Part shown: piece by piece, positions 29,040-39,059 of the stretch | How the letters are laid out: every line of letters starts with the position of its first letter | Position numbering within the stretch: the first letter of the stretch is position 1 | Assembly (NCBI GenBank): GCA_963668355.1 | Contig: OY764265.1 | Location: forward strand, 1,792,001-1,856,000 | From: Bdellovibrionota bacterium | GTDB lineage: Bacteria > Bdellovibrionota_G > JALEGL01 > DATDPG01 | Direction: 5' to 3' | DNA: 64,000 bases | The notes under the pieces: generated by a model | Databases searched by the model: none | The model's input: the letters and a program-made list of their open reading frames with translations, nothing else | Told to the model about the DNA's origin: nothing | Position numbers and translations under genes: made by a program

Positions 29040-29732
29040 TTATTTCCGACCTCCCATTTGTCTTTTGAGGACGTTCAAAAACTCACTGGAAAACATTTCC
29101 ATGGAGCGGGTGAAACGACGAATCCGACTTTGACAGAAATTGTATCCAATGACCGCCGGGATTGCCGCAAACAAGCCTACGGCCGTGGCAATGAGTGCCT
29201 CAGAAATTCCTGGCGCGACCACGGCCAAGTTTGTGGCTCCGGTTTCTCCAATATTCATGAAGGAATCCATGATTCCCCAAACCGTTCCAAAAAGACCAAT
29301 GAAAGGAGCTGCGCTGGCGGTCGTTGCCAGAAAAGGCGTTCTTCTTTCCAATTCATTGAGTTCCGCAATCGACTTTCGACGTAGTGTGGCTTCGACATTT
29401 TCGATGATGTCATCCACACGATCCGGCGAAATTTCTCCGGCTTCGTTCTTGGTGGCTTCACTGGTTGTCAGGAGCTCTTTGTATCCGGCTCGAAAAACGG
29501 CTGCGATGGGGCAGTCGGTCATCTGTTTCGCCTTTCGATAGGCGGTTTCCATGTTTCGCTGTGACCAGAAGAATTCGAGAAATTCATCATCATGCTTTCG
29601 AGCACGCTTGAGAAGTCGGACTTTTAAGAAAATAATGGCCCAAGAAATGATCGAGGTCGCGATCAAAAGGAAGAGAACCCCTTTGACCACGGGACCGGAT
29701 CCCAAAATGAGTTTAATGGCATTTAATTTCAT
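29040..29732 (-). CDS. tolQ: TolQ/ExbB proton channel
   Basis: PFIGLFGTVWGIM and VAPGISEALIATA motifs. Confidence 0.94.
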   Translation of the reverse strand: MKLNAIKLILGSGPVVKGVLFLLIATSIISWAIIFLKVRLLKRARKHDDEFLEFFWSQRNMETAYRKAKQMTDCPIAAVFRAGYKELLTTSEATKNEAGEISPDRVDDIIENVEATLRRKSIAELNELERRTPFLATTASAAPFIGLFGTVWGIMDSFMNIGETGATNLAVVAPGISEALIATAVGLFAAIPAVIGYNFCQSRIRRFTRSMEMFSSEFLNVLKRQMGGRK

Positions 29733-29806
29733 ATGTTTGGCAAAACGATAAAGCTTTCCGCGATTTCCGTCTACTGGCGGGAGAGAATTCGATTCTGGCT
29801 TTTTTA

Positions 29807-30397
29807 GTGATAGATTTGTTCTCGAAAGGAGCAATTCTGTCTAAGTCAATTTTCAGCTGGATTGTCATGGTTTTTCTGGGTCTTCTTGCGGGCTATGGTC
29901 TGTTCTCGCTCAAAACCACATCCCAACCGCAGGAGCCGATTTTTGCCCCAGCATCCCCTGTCCCGGAGGACTCTCTGGAGGAAGGTGTGCTTGTACCGGT
30001 TTACTACCCTCGAAAAGACCTTTCTGGCTTGGAAAAGAGAGAGTTCAGGCTTTCCAAAGGAAAAGAGTCCTTGGCAGGGTGGATTCGTTTTCTGGTGAAA
30101 CATTTGGCCACGCCCTCTTCCTCCGAACTTCTGGCCGTGTTTCCGGAAAAGACCGAGTTGCTTCATGTTTTTGCGAACGATCAAGGGGGCCTGTTTCTGG
30201 ACTTCTCTTCTTCTTTGACTCCCAGAGAGGGGGTCGGGGTTCAATTGGAGAGTCTTGCGTTAAAAGCTTTTTTCAGAACCTTGAACGTGAATGTGCCGGG
30301 TTATCAGTCGGTGGCTCTTTTGGTAGAAGGGCGGGAACGAGAAACTTTTTGGGGACATATATATGCGAGAAAAGCTTTTCCTCTGGAGCGTTTTTAG
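29807..30397 (+). CDS. GerMN-domain protein
   Basis: N-terminal TM, VYYP, LDFS and LVEG.E.ET..GH pattern. Confidence 0.75.
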   Translation: MIDLFSKGAILSKSIFSWIVMVFLGLLAGYGLFSLKTTSQPQEPIFAPASPVPEDSLEEGVLVPVYYPRKDLSGLEKREFRLSKGKESLAGWIRFLVKHLATPSSSELLAVFPEKTELLHVFANDQGGLFLDFSSSLTPREGVGVQLESLALKAFFRTLNVNVPGYQSVALLVEGRERETFWGHIYARKAFPLERF

Positions 30398-30447
30398 ACC
30401 GCTCAAAAAATCCAGAGTAGACTGTTCTCCAAGACGTCTTGTAGATC

Positions 30448-30918
30448 ATGATAACAGGATATAACCACAATATTCGGCATCGCGGCCTTCTCTTTCATGT
30501 CCAAACGGAGGATGGGGGAGCAGGCAACCCTTATGTCGTGACCATTCTTTTTTTTAACGGGAATGTTTTGGCCCAGCGTCGCAGAAGTTATGAAAAGTTT
30601 AAGGAGTTGCCGGAGAGAGAAGAGATTGTGGTTGCCATGATGAAAGAGCAACACAAAGAAATCATGAAAGATTTGGTCGGGGATCGCCTACGTGGAGCTT
30701 CCCAAGTGATTGAGATGGAGACCGGAGAGATCATCCCTCCCCCTCCCATGGCATCCGATCCCGCTAATCTTCCTCCTCCGCCGATGGCGAAAATGAATCA
30801 ACCGCCTCCCCAAGAAAAGATGCCACCACCCATTTCAGAGACCATCGAGGTGGAAAAAGGTGCGGAGAAGACGTTGGATGAATTGATCTTGGAATTTCTC
30901 AATGAGGAAGAGGACTGA
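30448..30918 (+). CDS. Conserved hypothetical protein upstream of ftsE
   Basis: GYNHNI..RG..FHVQTED domain, Pro-rich linker, C-terminal KTLDELILEFL. Confidence 0.8.
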   Translation: MITGYNHNIRHRGLLFHVQTEDGGAGNPYVVTILFFNGNVLAQRRRSYEKFKELPEREEIVVAMMKEQHKEIMKDLVGDRLRGASQVIEMETGEIIPPPPMASDPANLPPPPMAKMNQPPPQEKMPPPISETIEVEKGAEKTLDELILEFLNEEED

Positions 30919-30956
30919 ACCGACATGCGAGGTTTTGATCTCGGGGGAAAGACACC

Positions 30957-31613
30957 ATGATTCAGCTGTACCATGTATATAAAAGCTATCGAGCGGATGC
31001 TCCCGCGTTGGTGGATGTCAACTTGCAGATCCGAAAAGGAGAATTCGTTTGTCTGACTGGGCCGAGTGGGGCAGGAAAGACAACTCTTCTGAAGTTGTTG
31101 TTTGGAGAGGAGTTGGCAAACGAGGGGCAGATTTTGGTCGACAACCGGAACGTGTCTCGAATGCGGGGTAACAATATTGCACGTTTGCGTCGATCGATTG
31201 GCGTCGTATTTCAAGATTTTAAATTGATTCAAACCCGAACGGTTTTTGAAAACGTAGCGGTGACGTTGGAAATTTTGGGGCTTTCCAGGTCTATGATTGA
31301 ACGTAGGACCAATATGATGTTGCGCCTGGTCGGTTTAGAGAAACGAGCACGAAGCATTCCCATTCGTCTGTCGGGCGGGGAGCAGCAACGCGTGGCCATT
31401 GCCCGAGCCCTGGTGAATGATCCCAAAATTTTATTGGCCGATGAGCCTACCGGGAATCTTGATGCTGAACTCACGAACGAAATTTTAGATTTGCTTAAAG
31501 AAATCAATTTGCGAGGGACCACCATCATTTTGGCGACACATGATCCGAAAGTTTTGGCGCGGGTGGCTCAACGGGAATTGTCTTTGGTGAACGGGAAGCT
31601 GGTGAAGTCGTGA
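30957..31613 (+). CDS. ftsE: Cell-division ATP-binding protein FtsE
   Basis: GPSGAGKT, GVVFQDFKL, LSGGEQQRV and ADEPTGNLD. Confidence 0.95.
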   Translation: MIQLYHVYKSYRADAPALVDVNLQIRKGEFVCLTGPSGAGKTTLLKLLFGEELANEGQILVDNRNVSRMRGNNIARLRRSIGVVFQDFKLIQTRTVFENVAVTLEILGLSRSMIERRTNMMLRLVGLEKRARSIPIRLSGGEQQRVAIARALVNDPKILLADEPTGNLDAELTNEILDLLKEINLRGTTIILATHDPKVLARVAQRELSLVNGKLVKS

Positions 31614-32509
31614 GAATGTTTCGCATCCTTCGCTATGTTTCTCGGTCGGCTTACCAGAGCCTTCGAAACGCTCCCCTTTTGCATGCAGTCTCGGCCGGGA
31701 CAATGGCTACGGCTTTTGTCATTTTTGGCGGAAGCATGATTTTGTTCACGAATGTGAGAAATGTCTTGGTGGATTCCGACGCGGGGACACATATTTCTGT
31801 GTATCTTCAAGCGAAGGACGTGTCTCGTACGACCGATCGCATTCGGAAACAGTTTTGTGAACAATCGTTTGTCAAAAAATGTGAAGTGGTTTCTTCGGAA
31901 GTCGCCAAAACGAGGTTTGTAGCCAAGAATCCAGAGTTGGAGGAAACGGTTTCTTCCCTGCAGGCCAGCCCGTTTCCCTCTTCCATCGAAATTAGCATTG
32001 ATTCAGAATTCCAAGAAAGAAGGGCCTTGCAAAATTTCGTAAAGCGCTTGGAGGTGGCTGAAGGTGTTGAGGCGGTTGATGATGGAGGAGACTGGACCGA
32101 TCGGTGGATTACGCTCCTTAGTTTGATGGATTGGGCCATGTGGACCTTGGGAGGTTTGCTTGGCCTCGGGATGCTTTTTGTTGTGGCCAATACGATTAAA
32201 CTCATTGTCTATGCCCGAAGAGATGAGATTGAAATTCTGAGTCTTGTGGGGGCCACCAACAACTATATTCGCCTTCCTTTTTTAATGGAGGGCTGTTTGC
32301 AAGGAGTCGTGGGTGCTTTGGCGGCTCTGGGGGTTTTACGTCTTTTGTTTTTGTATTCTGAACGTCACATGACCGTAGAATGGGGGTCGGTGTGGTCAAC
32401 CTCCATCGTCTTTCTTCCCTCCTCGATTCAATGGGGCCTGATTTTAATGGGAGGCCTTTTGGGGATTCTCGGAAGTCTTTTTGCTGTTGGGAGATTCTTG
32501 AAGTTATGA
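31610..32509 (+). CDS. ftsX: Cell-division permease FtsX
   Basis: NTIKL..YARRDEIEI..LVGAT…IRLPF..EG motif; four TMs. Confidence 0.93.
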   Translation: MRMFRILRYVSRSAYQSLRNAPLLHAVSAGTMATAFVIFGGSMILFTNVRNVLVDSDAGTHISVYLQAKDVSRTTDRIRKQFCEQSFVKKCEVVSSEVAKTRFVAKNPELEETVSSLQASPFPSSIEISIDSEFQERRALQNFVKRLEVAEGVEAVDDGGDWTDRWITLLSLMDWAMWTLGGLLGLGMLFVVANTIKLIVYARRDEIEILSLVGATNNYIRLPFLMEGCLQGVVGALAALGVLRLLFLYSERHMTVEWGSVWSTSIVFLPSSIQWGLILMGGLLGILGSLFAVGRFLKL

Positions 32510-33642
32510 GGCTGAAGGTTCTGCTTGGCCTTTTTCTCGTATGTTCGATTTCGTCCGCATGGGCTGATGTAGAGACGAAGGAGGACAATCTCAAGGCCTA
32601 TGAGCAACAAATCAAAACGCAGAAAGAAAAGCTCAAGAAATTAGGAGGAAGGGAGGGATCTCTTCTAAGGGAAGTAAATCGTTTGTCCAGTCAGGTAAAT
32701 AAGCTGGAAAGAAAAATTGATGGACTGGATCGCGAAAAGAAGAATCTTGAAGAACGCATTGATAAGACCAATGGGGAGATCTCTCGTCTGTCTAAAGATG
32801 TTCGGTCCCGAGATGCACGCGTCAAAAAAAGACTACGCGAGCTGTATATGCACGGGAAACCCAATTACATGAAGGTTTTGTTGGCCGCCGAATCTCCTCT
32901 CGATTTTCGAAAGCGCCGCTTTTTGGTGACGCGTTGGGTGAATCATGACCGCCAGTTGATTGGAGAGTATCAGACAAAGGTGGTGGAACTCTCGGAACAA
33001 AAATCTCTTTTGGAGGCCGATCGCCAACAACATAAAGTCATCCTCAAGAAACTGTCTGGACAGAAACGGGCGCTGTCACGAGACAAGACCGAACAATCTC
33101 AACTCTTGGCCTTGGTTCGAAATCAACAGTCTTTTTACGAAAAAAGCATTCGGGAATTGGAACAGGCGGCAAAAGATTTGCAGAAATTAATTGAAACCCT
33201 AAGAAAGCAAGAGAGTGAAGGCACCTCTCTCTTTGCTTCTTTAAAGGGCAAACTTCCCATGCCGGTTTATGGAAAGCTGGAGAAGAAATATGGTTCGTAT
33301 TTTGATTCAAGACTGCGGACCAAGCTCTATCACAAAGGTGTCGATCTTCGGGTGAAGAAGGGAACCCCCATCAAAGCGGTTTTTGATGGTCGTGTGATTT
33401 ATGCCGGCTGGTTTGTCGGCTACGGGCAAGTGATTATTTTAAACCATGGAGGAGGTTATTTTACACTCTATGCTCACGCCTCCGAGTTGTTTAAAGAAGT
33501 GAATGATACAGTGGTTGCGGGCGAAACCATCGCCAAAGTGGGAGATACAGGCTCTTTGAAAGGGGCCTATCTGTACTTTGAATTGAGGCATAAGGGATTG
33601 ACGCAGAATCCGTGGCCGTGGTTTGCCAAGCGCGGCTCATAA
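32506..33642 (+). CDS. envC: Murein hydrolase activator EnvC family
   Basis: Signal peptide, long coiled coil, and M23 domain with degenerate HxH (YLYFELR); follows ftsEX. Confidence 0.85.
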   Translation: MRLKVLLGLFLVCSISSAWADVETKEDNLKAYEQQIKTQKEKLKKLGGREGSLLREVNRLSSQVNKLERKIDGLDREKKNLEERIDKTNGEISRLSKDVRSRDARVKKRLRELYMHGKPNYMKVLLAAESPLDFRKRRFLVTRWVNHDRQLIGEYQTKVVELSEQKSLLEADRQQHKVILKKLSGQKRALSRDKTEQSQLLALVRNQQSFYEKSIRELEQAAKDLQKLIETLRKQESEGTSLFASLKGKLPMPVYGKLEKKYGSYFDSRLRTKLYHKGVDLRVKKGTPIKAVFDGRVIYAGWFVGYGQVIILNHGGGYFTLYAHASELFKEVNDTVVAGETIAKVGDTGSLKGAYLYFELRHKGLTQNPWPWFAKRGS

Positions 33643-33740
33643 ATGGGAGAACAGAATTTTTTCGAAGGAGACGTTTCGCAGCGTTTGAGGTTTGCTGTGA
33701 ACTGAACTAGGTTGGAAAAATCAAAGGCCGACACGGAAAG

Positions 33741-35033
33741 ATGAGGAAGATCGAGATGATAAAGAAATTTGTGACAATGGTTTTTTTGATCGGTTTTGTT
33801 TTTAGCACAACCGCTCAAGCGAAAGAGTCAAAAGTTTTTGAGAAACTTGAGTCACTCTCAAAAGTATTGAGTTACATCGAAACGAATTACATCGAGCCCG
33901 TAGAAGGCGATAAACTGTTGGACTCGGCCATCAAAGGCATGTTGGCTGATTTGGATCCTCACACCGTATATATGCCCCCCGAAGTGTTTCGGGAAATGAA
34001 GGTAGACACCAAAGGCGAGTTCGGAGGGCTTGGAATCGAAATCGTATTAAAGGACGATGTCTTGACCGTCATTACCCCCATCGAAGATACGCCTGCCGAA
34101 AAGGCCGGAATCAAAGCCGGAGACCGCATATTGAAGATTGATGGAACTGTGACCAAGGGGATGACACTGCTGGATGCGGTTAAGAAGATGAGAGGCCCAC
34201 GGGGCGGGAAAGTAATTCTTACGATCGGTCGAGATGGGGAAAAGAATCCATTCGACATCGCGGTTCGGCGGGACACGATTCGAATTCGAAGTGTGGATTC
34301 CGAATTGGTCGATGATTTTTACGGCTATGTTCGCATCAAGAGTTTTCAGGAAAAAACCGGCCGAGATCTCAAACGTCATGTCAAACGATTGAATCAGAAG
34401 TCTGGAGGAAAACTCAAAGGCATTCTTTTGGACTTACGGAACAATCCAGGTGGGTTGTTGGATCAAGCCGTTCGCACAGCGGATTTGTTTTTGGATGAAG
34501 GCGTAATTGTTTCCACCATGGGACGTAAAGGTTCTTTCCAAGAAGTGGAGATGGCTCATAAGGAAGGGACGCAGCCGGACCTGCCCATGATCACCTTGGT
34601 GAATGAAGGTTCAGCCTCGGCATCCGAGGTGGTGGCCGGAGCTTTGCAAGACCATAACCGTTCCATCATTTTGGGAGCGGAAACCTTTGGAAAAGGGTCG
34701 GTTCAATCCATCATTGACCTGGAAGATGGTTCCGGATTGAAGCTCACCATCGCTCACTATTACACTCCAAAGGGACGATCGATTCAGGCCTTGGGAATTA
34801 AACCGGATATTTATGTTTCTTCTGTGCCTCCCAAGAAAACAGAGGTTCATTACCTTCGGGAGCAGGACTTGGAGGGACACTTTGAAACGCCAAAAGGGAC
34901 GAAAACAGAGCCGAAAAAGAATAAGCTCTTCAAAGGCCGCATTGTGGACCTAAAGGAGGACATCCAGCTTCGCCGAGCCTTGGAATATTTGAAAACTTGG
35001 GAAGTTTTTCGTGATCGAGTCGCGAAGTCATAA
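33741..35033 (+). CDS. ctpA: Carboxyl-terminal processing protease (S41A)
   Basis: LDPHT, PDZ GLGI, DLRNNPGG, SASASE and GKGSVQ motifs. Confidence 0.94.
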   Translation: MRKIEMIKKFVTMVFLIGFVFSTTAQAKESKVFEKLESLSKVLSYIETNYIEPVEGDKLLDSAIKGMLADLDPHTVYMPPEVFREMKVDTKGEFGGLGIEIVLKDDVLTVITPIEDTPAEKAGIKAGDRILKIDGTVTKGMTLLDAVKKMRGPRGGKVILTIGRDGEKNPFDIAVRRDTIRIRSVDSELVDDFYGYVRIKSFQEKTGRDLKRHVKRLNQKSGGKLKGILLDLRNNPGGLLDQAVRTADLFLDEGVIVSTMGRKGSFQEVEMAHKEGTQPDLPMITLVNEGSASASEVVAGALQDHNRSIILGAETFGKGSVQSIIDLEDGSGLKLTIAHYYTPKGRSIQALGIKPDIYVSSVPPKKTEVHYLREQDLEGHFETPKGTKTEPKKNKLFKGRIVDLKEDIQLRRALEYLKTWEVFRDRVAKS

Positions 35034-35177
35034 AACCCCATAGAGTCAAACGGGTGCCGTTGAAAAGACGGTGAAACTGGATTCTTTGTTTCCATAAGGA
35101 AACCATTTGAATTAATGAAAAAAAACGGTTTGCCTTTCTGTGTCATTTTTGATCCAATACGAGCTTAGGGAGTCGAA

Positions 35178-35537
35178 ATGATTCGGGAAAAAAGGCAGCA
35201 TTATCGCTTTTCAAGCCGCATAGGGTTTGTATCTTCAGATGAAACAGGGTTGAACTTCAGTTTCATCACGGATCTTTCTCGAAGTGGGGCATTCATCGAA
35301 ACGGAAAAAATCCAAAAAATAGGATCTCCTTTTCGCTTTGTACTATCGAACGGTTTGGTTTCTTCACCCATTTCCGCGAAGGTTACCCGTGTTCGGGATG
35401 CATTTTTTCACGGCGGAAAATCGGGGATGGGCGTTCGATTTGAGCGCCTCGATCGTCAATCCAAAATGCTCCGAGACGATCTCCTCCTCTTTCTGATGAA
35501 TGAAAAACATCAGACCAAGTGGGCGAATCCGAATTGA
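35178..35537 (+). CDS. PilZ-domain protein
   Basis: EKRQHYR (RxxxR), DLSRSG (DxSxxG) and GMGVRF motifs. Confidence 0.85.
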   Translation: MIREKRQHYRFSSRIGFVSSDETGLNFSFITDLSRSGAFIETEKIQKIGSPFRFVLSNGLVSSPISAKVTRVRDAFFHGGKSGMGVRFERLDRQSKMLRDDLLLFLMNEKHQTKWANPN

Positions 35538-35590
35538 CGGTTTAGCCGGGTTCAATCTTAGGCCTGCGACAAATCTTCCACATTAAAGCC

Positions 35591-35619
35591 TTGCTTCAAC
35601 TGCGACTAATCTCTACACT
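35591..35619 (+). promoter_or_regulatory. Putative sigma-70 promoter of the FHA activator
   Basis: TTGCTT-N17-TACACT. Confidence 0.5.
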
Positions 35620-35662
35620 GGGGAAGTTCAAGCCGCAATAACTCGAGAAATAGGACAGGGCA

Positions 35663-37027
35663 ATGCCAAGATCAGAAACCAAAGTCATCCGTTCTGGGGA
35701 ACAACCGACCACTTTGCTCCTCCCCAAAAGCAAAATTGTCATCCAAGGGGCAGAGGGTGGAGCCAGGGACTTCCTGATTGATAAAGGAACCATCACCATT
35801 GGCTCGGCCGAGGGGTCGGACCTTAGGATCGAAGACGAAACGGTTTCCAGAAATCATGCCGAAATCATCAAAACCAAAGACGGATATTTGATTCGCGATC
35901 TTCATTCCACGAATGGAACGTTTGTAGGCGGCTTAAAGGTTAAAGAGGCGTTTCTGGCTGCGGGATCCATCATCAAAGTTGGCAAATCTCGGATCAAGTT
36001 CACCCCCCAAGATGAGCAATTGGAAATTTATCCTTCCAAGAAGACGAAATACGGAGAAATCGTTGGAAGAAGTTTGGAGATGCGACGAATTTTCGGAGTT
36101 CTGGAAAAAGTGGCTCCCACAAATGTGAGTGTGGTCGTGGTCGGTGAGACCGGAACCGGAAAGGAGCTCATCGCAAAAGCCATTCACCAAAACTCTCGGC
36201 GTGCGCGTTCTCCTTTCATTGTGTTTGATTGTGGGGCTGTGGCCGAAAACTTGATTGAGTCGGAACTCTTCGGTCATGAAAGAGGCTCGTTCACGGGAGC
36301 GACGACGACACGTCAAGGAGCCTTTGAGTTGGCTGATGGAGGCACCATCTTTTTGGATGAAATTGGGGAATTGTCCATGGAGCTTCAGCCGAAACTCCTT
36401 CGTGCCCTAGAATCGGGAGAGGTTAAGCGGGTTGGGGCCGATCGTCCACGCAAAGTGGATGTGCGTGTTGTGGCGGCCACCAATCGAAAACTCAAAGAGG
36501 AAGTGAAGAAGGGCAATTTTCGAGAGGATCTTTTCTTTCGAATTTCCGTTGTCCAGTTGTCGTTGCCGCCCCTTCGCAAACGTGGCGAAGATATTCCTCA
36601 TCTCGTGAAACACTTTTTTGATTTGGCTCAGAAGGAGAGTGGGGGAGCAAGGCAAATTGACGGCATCACCGAGGATGCCATGCAGCTTTTGCAAGATTAT
36701 CAGTGGCCCGGAAACATTCGAGAGCTGCGAAACGCCATCGATCGTGCTTTTAGTTTGTGTGACGGGGACATGATCGATGTGTCGCATTTACCTGACTATA
36801 TTCAAGAACGATCCATTGTGACGAAATCTCACACAGCCATGGACGGAGCCCTTCCCTTTAAGGAGGCAAAGGACAAGTGGATTGAGTCGTTTGAAAAAGA
36901 CTATTTGGTCGAAATTCTACGTCGGAACAATTTAAATATCTCCCGCGCCGCCAAACAAGCCGGGATTGATCGCAAGTCCGTTCAGCGATTGCTTAAGAAA
37001 TATAATTTAAACGTTAAAGATCTCTAA
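35663..37027 (+). CDS. FHA-domain sigma-54 enhancer-binding protein
   Basis: FHA (VSRNH, STNGT), [28 protein letters not shown] and Fis-type HTH. Confidence 0.95.
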   Translation: MPRSETKVIRSGEQPTTLLLPKSKIVIQGAEGGARDFLIDKGTITIGSAEGSDLRIEDETVSRNHAEIIKTKDGYLIRDLHSTNGTFVGGLKVKEAFLAAGSIIKVGKSRIKFTPQDEQLEIYPSKKTKYGEIVGRSLEMRRIFGVLEKVAPTNVSVVVVGETGTGKELIAKAIHQNSRRARSPFIVFDCGAVAENLIESELFGHERGSFTGATTTRQGAFELADGGTIFLDEIGELSMELQPKLLRALESGEVKRVGADRPRKVDVRVVAATNRKLKEEVKKGNFREDLFFRISVVQLSLPPLRKRGEDIPHLVKHFFDLAQKESGGARQIDGITEDAMQLLQDYQWPGNIRELRNAIDRAFSLCDGDMIDVSHLPDYIQERSIVTKSHTAMDGALPFKEAKDKWIESFEKDYLVEILRRNNLNISRAAKQAGIDRKSVQRLLKKYNLNVKDL

Positions 37028-38193
37028 AGTCCGGCTTCCTCGTCTTCAGTGGTTTTGCTTGAGCGCTGCTGGCAACGCTCGTGAGGACGTATTCTCGAGG
37101 TGAAGTTTCCGAAGAAAACGCCACACCACCGACCTGTTTTCCAAGGGCTGCACGAACCTTGTTTTGCCAATCGAATCCCGCAAAAGCTGTAGACTGATCA
37201 CTGGAAGCCGCAACGCTATCGTTACTATAGGTTTTCGTGGCCACCGTAGGATCCTCCAACTCTTCCATTCGGAAAGACGCTGTTCCTAAAGCGCTTAGGG
37301 TTTGGAAAGCCAGTCTTGTTGTCGCATAGGCCGTACCATTGACTTTGGAGTCATTGACATCCGGGGCAATGGCAAATCCCGCATTTCTCGGGTCCATGCT
37401 GGAAACATAGAAAAGACCATTGTCCTTTTCCACAGCGACCCAGATTCCGGGTGTTTTTTCACAGAACTCGGTGTCGAACTCAGACTTGGAAATGGCGTTG
37501 TCAAAGGTTTCCAAAGAAGTTTTTGGAGTGAACTGCATTTGAAGTTTGACTTCGTTTTCAGCCTCGCCATCAAAGCTTAAAGCGAATTTGGAGTGGATGC
37601 ACATGGTCAAATATCGACCCAGAGATTTGACGTTCCCATTCACTGTGAGACCGATCGTATCACTGGTTTTAAGGGTGGATCGAAGCGTCATGTAGTCGGT
37701 GTTGTCTTTGATGAAAAACTTCATGGAGGACTTGGCTCGTTCCAGTTCATGTACGTTAAATTCAAGCCATTCATCGTGTCGATCGGAATGAATGAACCAC
37801 GCATCGAAATCCCAGCAACTATTTCCAAAGGCACAGTTTAGACCCACCCAAGAACCCGCAGCGGCAGTGGAAATCATTAAGAATTTTTCGAAGTCGGAAA
37901 CCCCATCCCACCAATCTGGATCCTTGTCGTCTTTGACCCCATTGTCATTGCAGTCAGCATTCCCGATGCAATCATCTTCGTCGTCGCAGATATTGTCTTC
38001 GTCAGCGTCTCCTCCGCGGCTTGCGCATGAGTTTTCGGTAATGAAGTTTGCGATTTCATCATCCGCACCTTCTCCCTCATATCCTCCGGAAGAGGAAATG
38101 GGAGTGGGATCTGCGGTTTGGGCACACGATGCGACAAGCATCAATATGGGTAGCAAACTGGCCCAGACTTTAAAAATTTTCTTACCGAACATC
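37014..38193 (-). CDS. Hypothetical lipoprotein with Asp/Cys-rich Ca-binding-like repeats
   Basis: SD AAGGAG before MFGKK, lipobox LVAS-C, DADEDNICD and DCNDNGVKD. Start is within a base or so of 38193; a GTG at 38222 is an alternative. Confidence 0.75.
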
Positions 38194-38236
38194 GTGGTCT
38201 CCTTGTGTCTTTTCTGGCTCACACCACCATACTATC

Positions 38237-38252
38237 GCTACATTCATGCCAA
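38237..38252 (-). promoter_or_regulatory. Candidate sigma-54 promoter
   Basis: TTGGCAT-GAATG-TAGC (GG-N10-GC). Confidence 0.55.
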
Positions 38253-38348
38253 CACAGGCAATACTAACCACCTAATTTTATTGTTTTTTTAAATTTTGCA
38301 AACCCCCAAATCGCGCTACTTTTCAGCACCTGTGACCCATTTCTCCCC

Positions 38349-38387
38349 TTCCCCAAAATGAACTGTTCATTTTGGGGAGTTATCCAC
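38349..38387. repeat. REP-like palindromic repeat, copy 1
   Basis: 39 bp identical to 39060-39098. Contains the perfect palindrome TCCCCAAAATGAAC-T-GTTCATTTTGGGGA. Confidence 0.92.
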
Positions 38388-39023
38388 AAGGGAGCGAATT
38401 GTAGCTTTGAACTCGTTTTTTCGGGGGTATTTGAATCTTCTTCTTTTCAGGGCTCTTCGTAGAATTTCGTCTTCTATTGGCCCGGAGTTTTCGTTAAGCC
38501 ACGCGATTCTTTCAGGGAAATCCGGAATTTGCCCATGGTCTGCAGCTTTTTCATCGGCGAGAGGGAAGGGGAGGGAAATCCCATTGTAAAGGTAGAACAG
38601 TGTCGAATAGCGGTAATCTTCGACCGAGTCGGTGAGTCCAGCTCTTAGAGGATTTTGGTAGAGATACCGGTAGGCGTTGTAGAGATAGTTCGGTTTTTCG
38701 ATCAAACACCACCTATACCTACTGCCAAAAACATGATTGATTCGGCGTGCCCCTTGATTGACGCTAAAGCTAAACTGTTTCAATAGCTCTCTCATAATTT
38801 CGTCGATATTTTCAAAGGGCGTCCACAAGATCATGTGAATGTGATTTGACATGAGAACGAAGGATACGATTTCCGGACGGTAAGTTTCAAAAACGGTCTT
38901 GACCCTGGCCAGGAGGATTCTCCAACAACTCTTGTGAGAAAGCTTGAAATACTCTTGGTTATTGGTTCTCACGGTCACGTGGTAGGGAAATTCAGATGTT
39001 CGAATCAAATGTTCGTAAGCCAT
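38367..39023 (-). CDS. REP-associated tyrosine transposase (Y1/HUH)
   Basis: YHVTVRTNN, LMSNHIH (HUH), HVFGSRY, YLYQNPLRAGL and YRYST motifs. Confidence 0.92.
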   Translation of the reverse strand: MAYEHLIRTSEFPYHVTVRTNNQEYFKLSHKSCWRILLARVKTVFETYRPEIVSFVLMSNHIHMILWTPFENIDEIMRELLKQFSFSVNQGARRINHVFGSRYRWCLIEKPNYLYNAYRYLYQNPLRAGLTDSVEDYRYSTLFYLYNGISLPFPLADEKAADHGQIPDFPERIAWLNENSGPIEDEILRRALKRRRFKYPRKNEFKATIRSLVDNSPK

Positions 39024-39037
39024 GCCCTGGCTAGATG

Positions 39038-39053
39038 GCAGGAATTGTGCCAA
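39038..39053 (-). promoter_or_regulatory. Candidate sigma-54 promoter of the RAYT
   Basis: TTGGCAC-AATTC-CTGC (GG-N10-GC), 14 nt before the ATG. Confidence 0.65.
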
Positions 39054-39059
39054 CACCTT

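Noticed and set aside
38380..38388. Perfect DnaA box TTATCCACA (near match at 39091-39099) as an oriC hint
   Set aside because: Both lie at the REP repeat end inside coding sequence. There is no box cluster, unwinding element or dnaA nearby.
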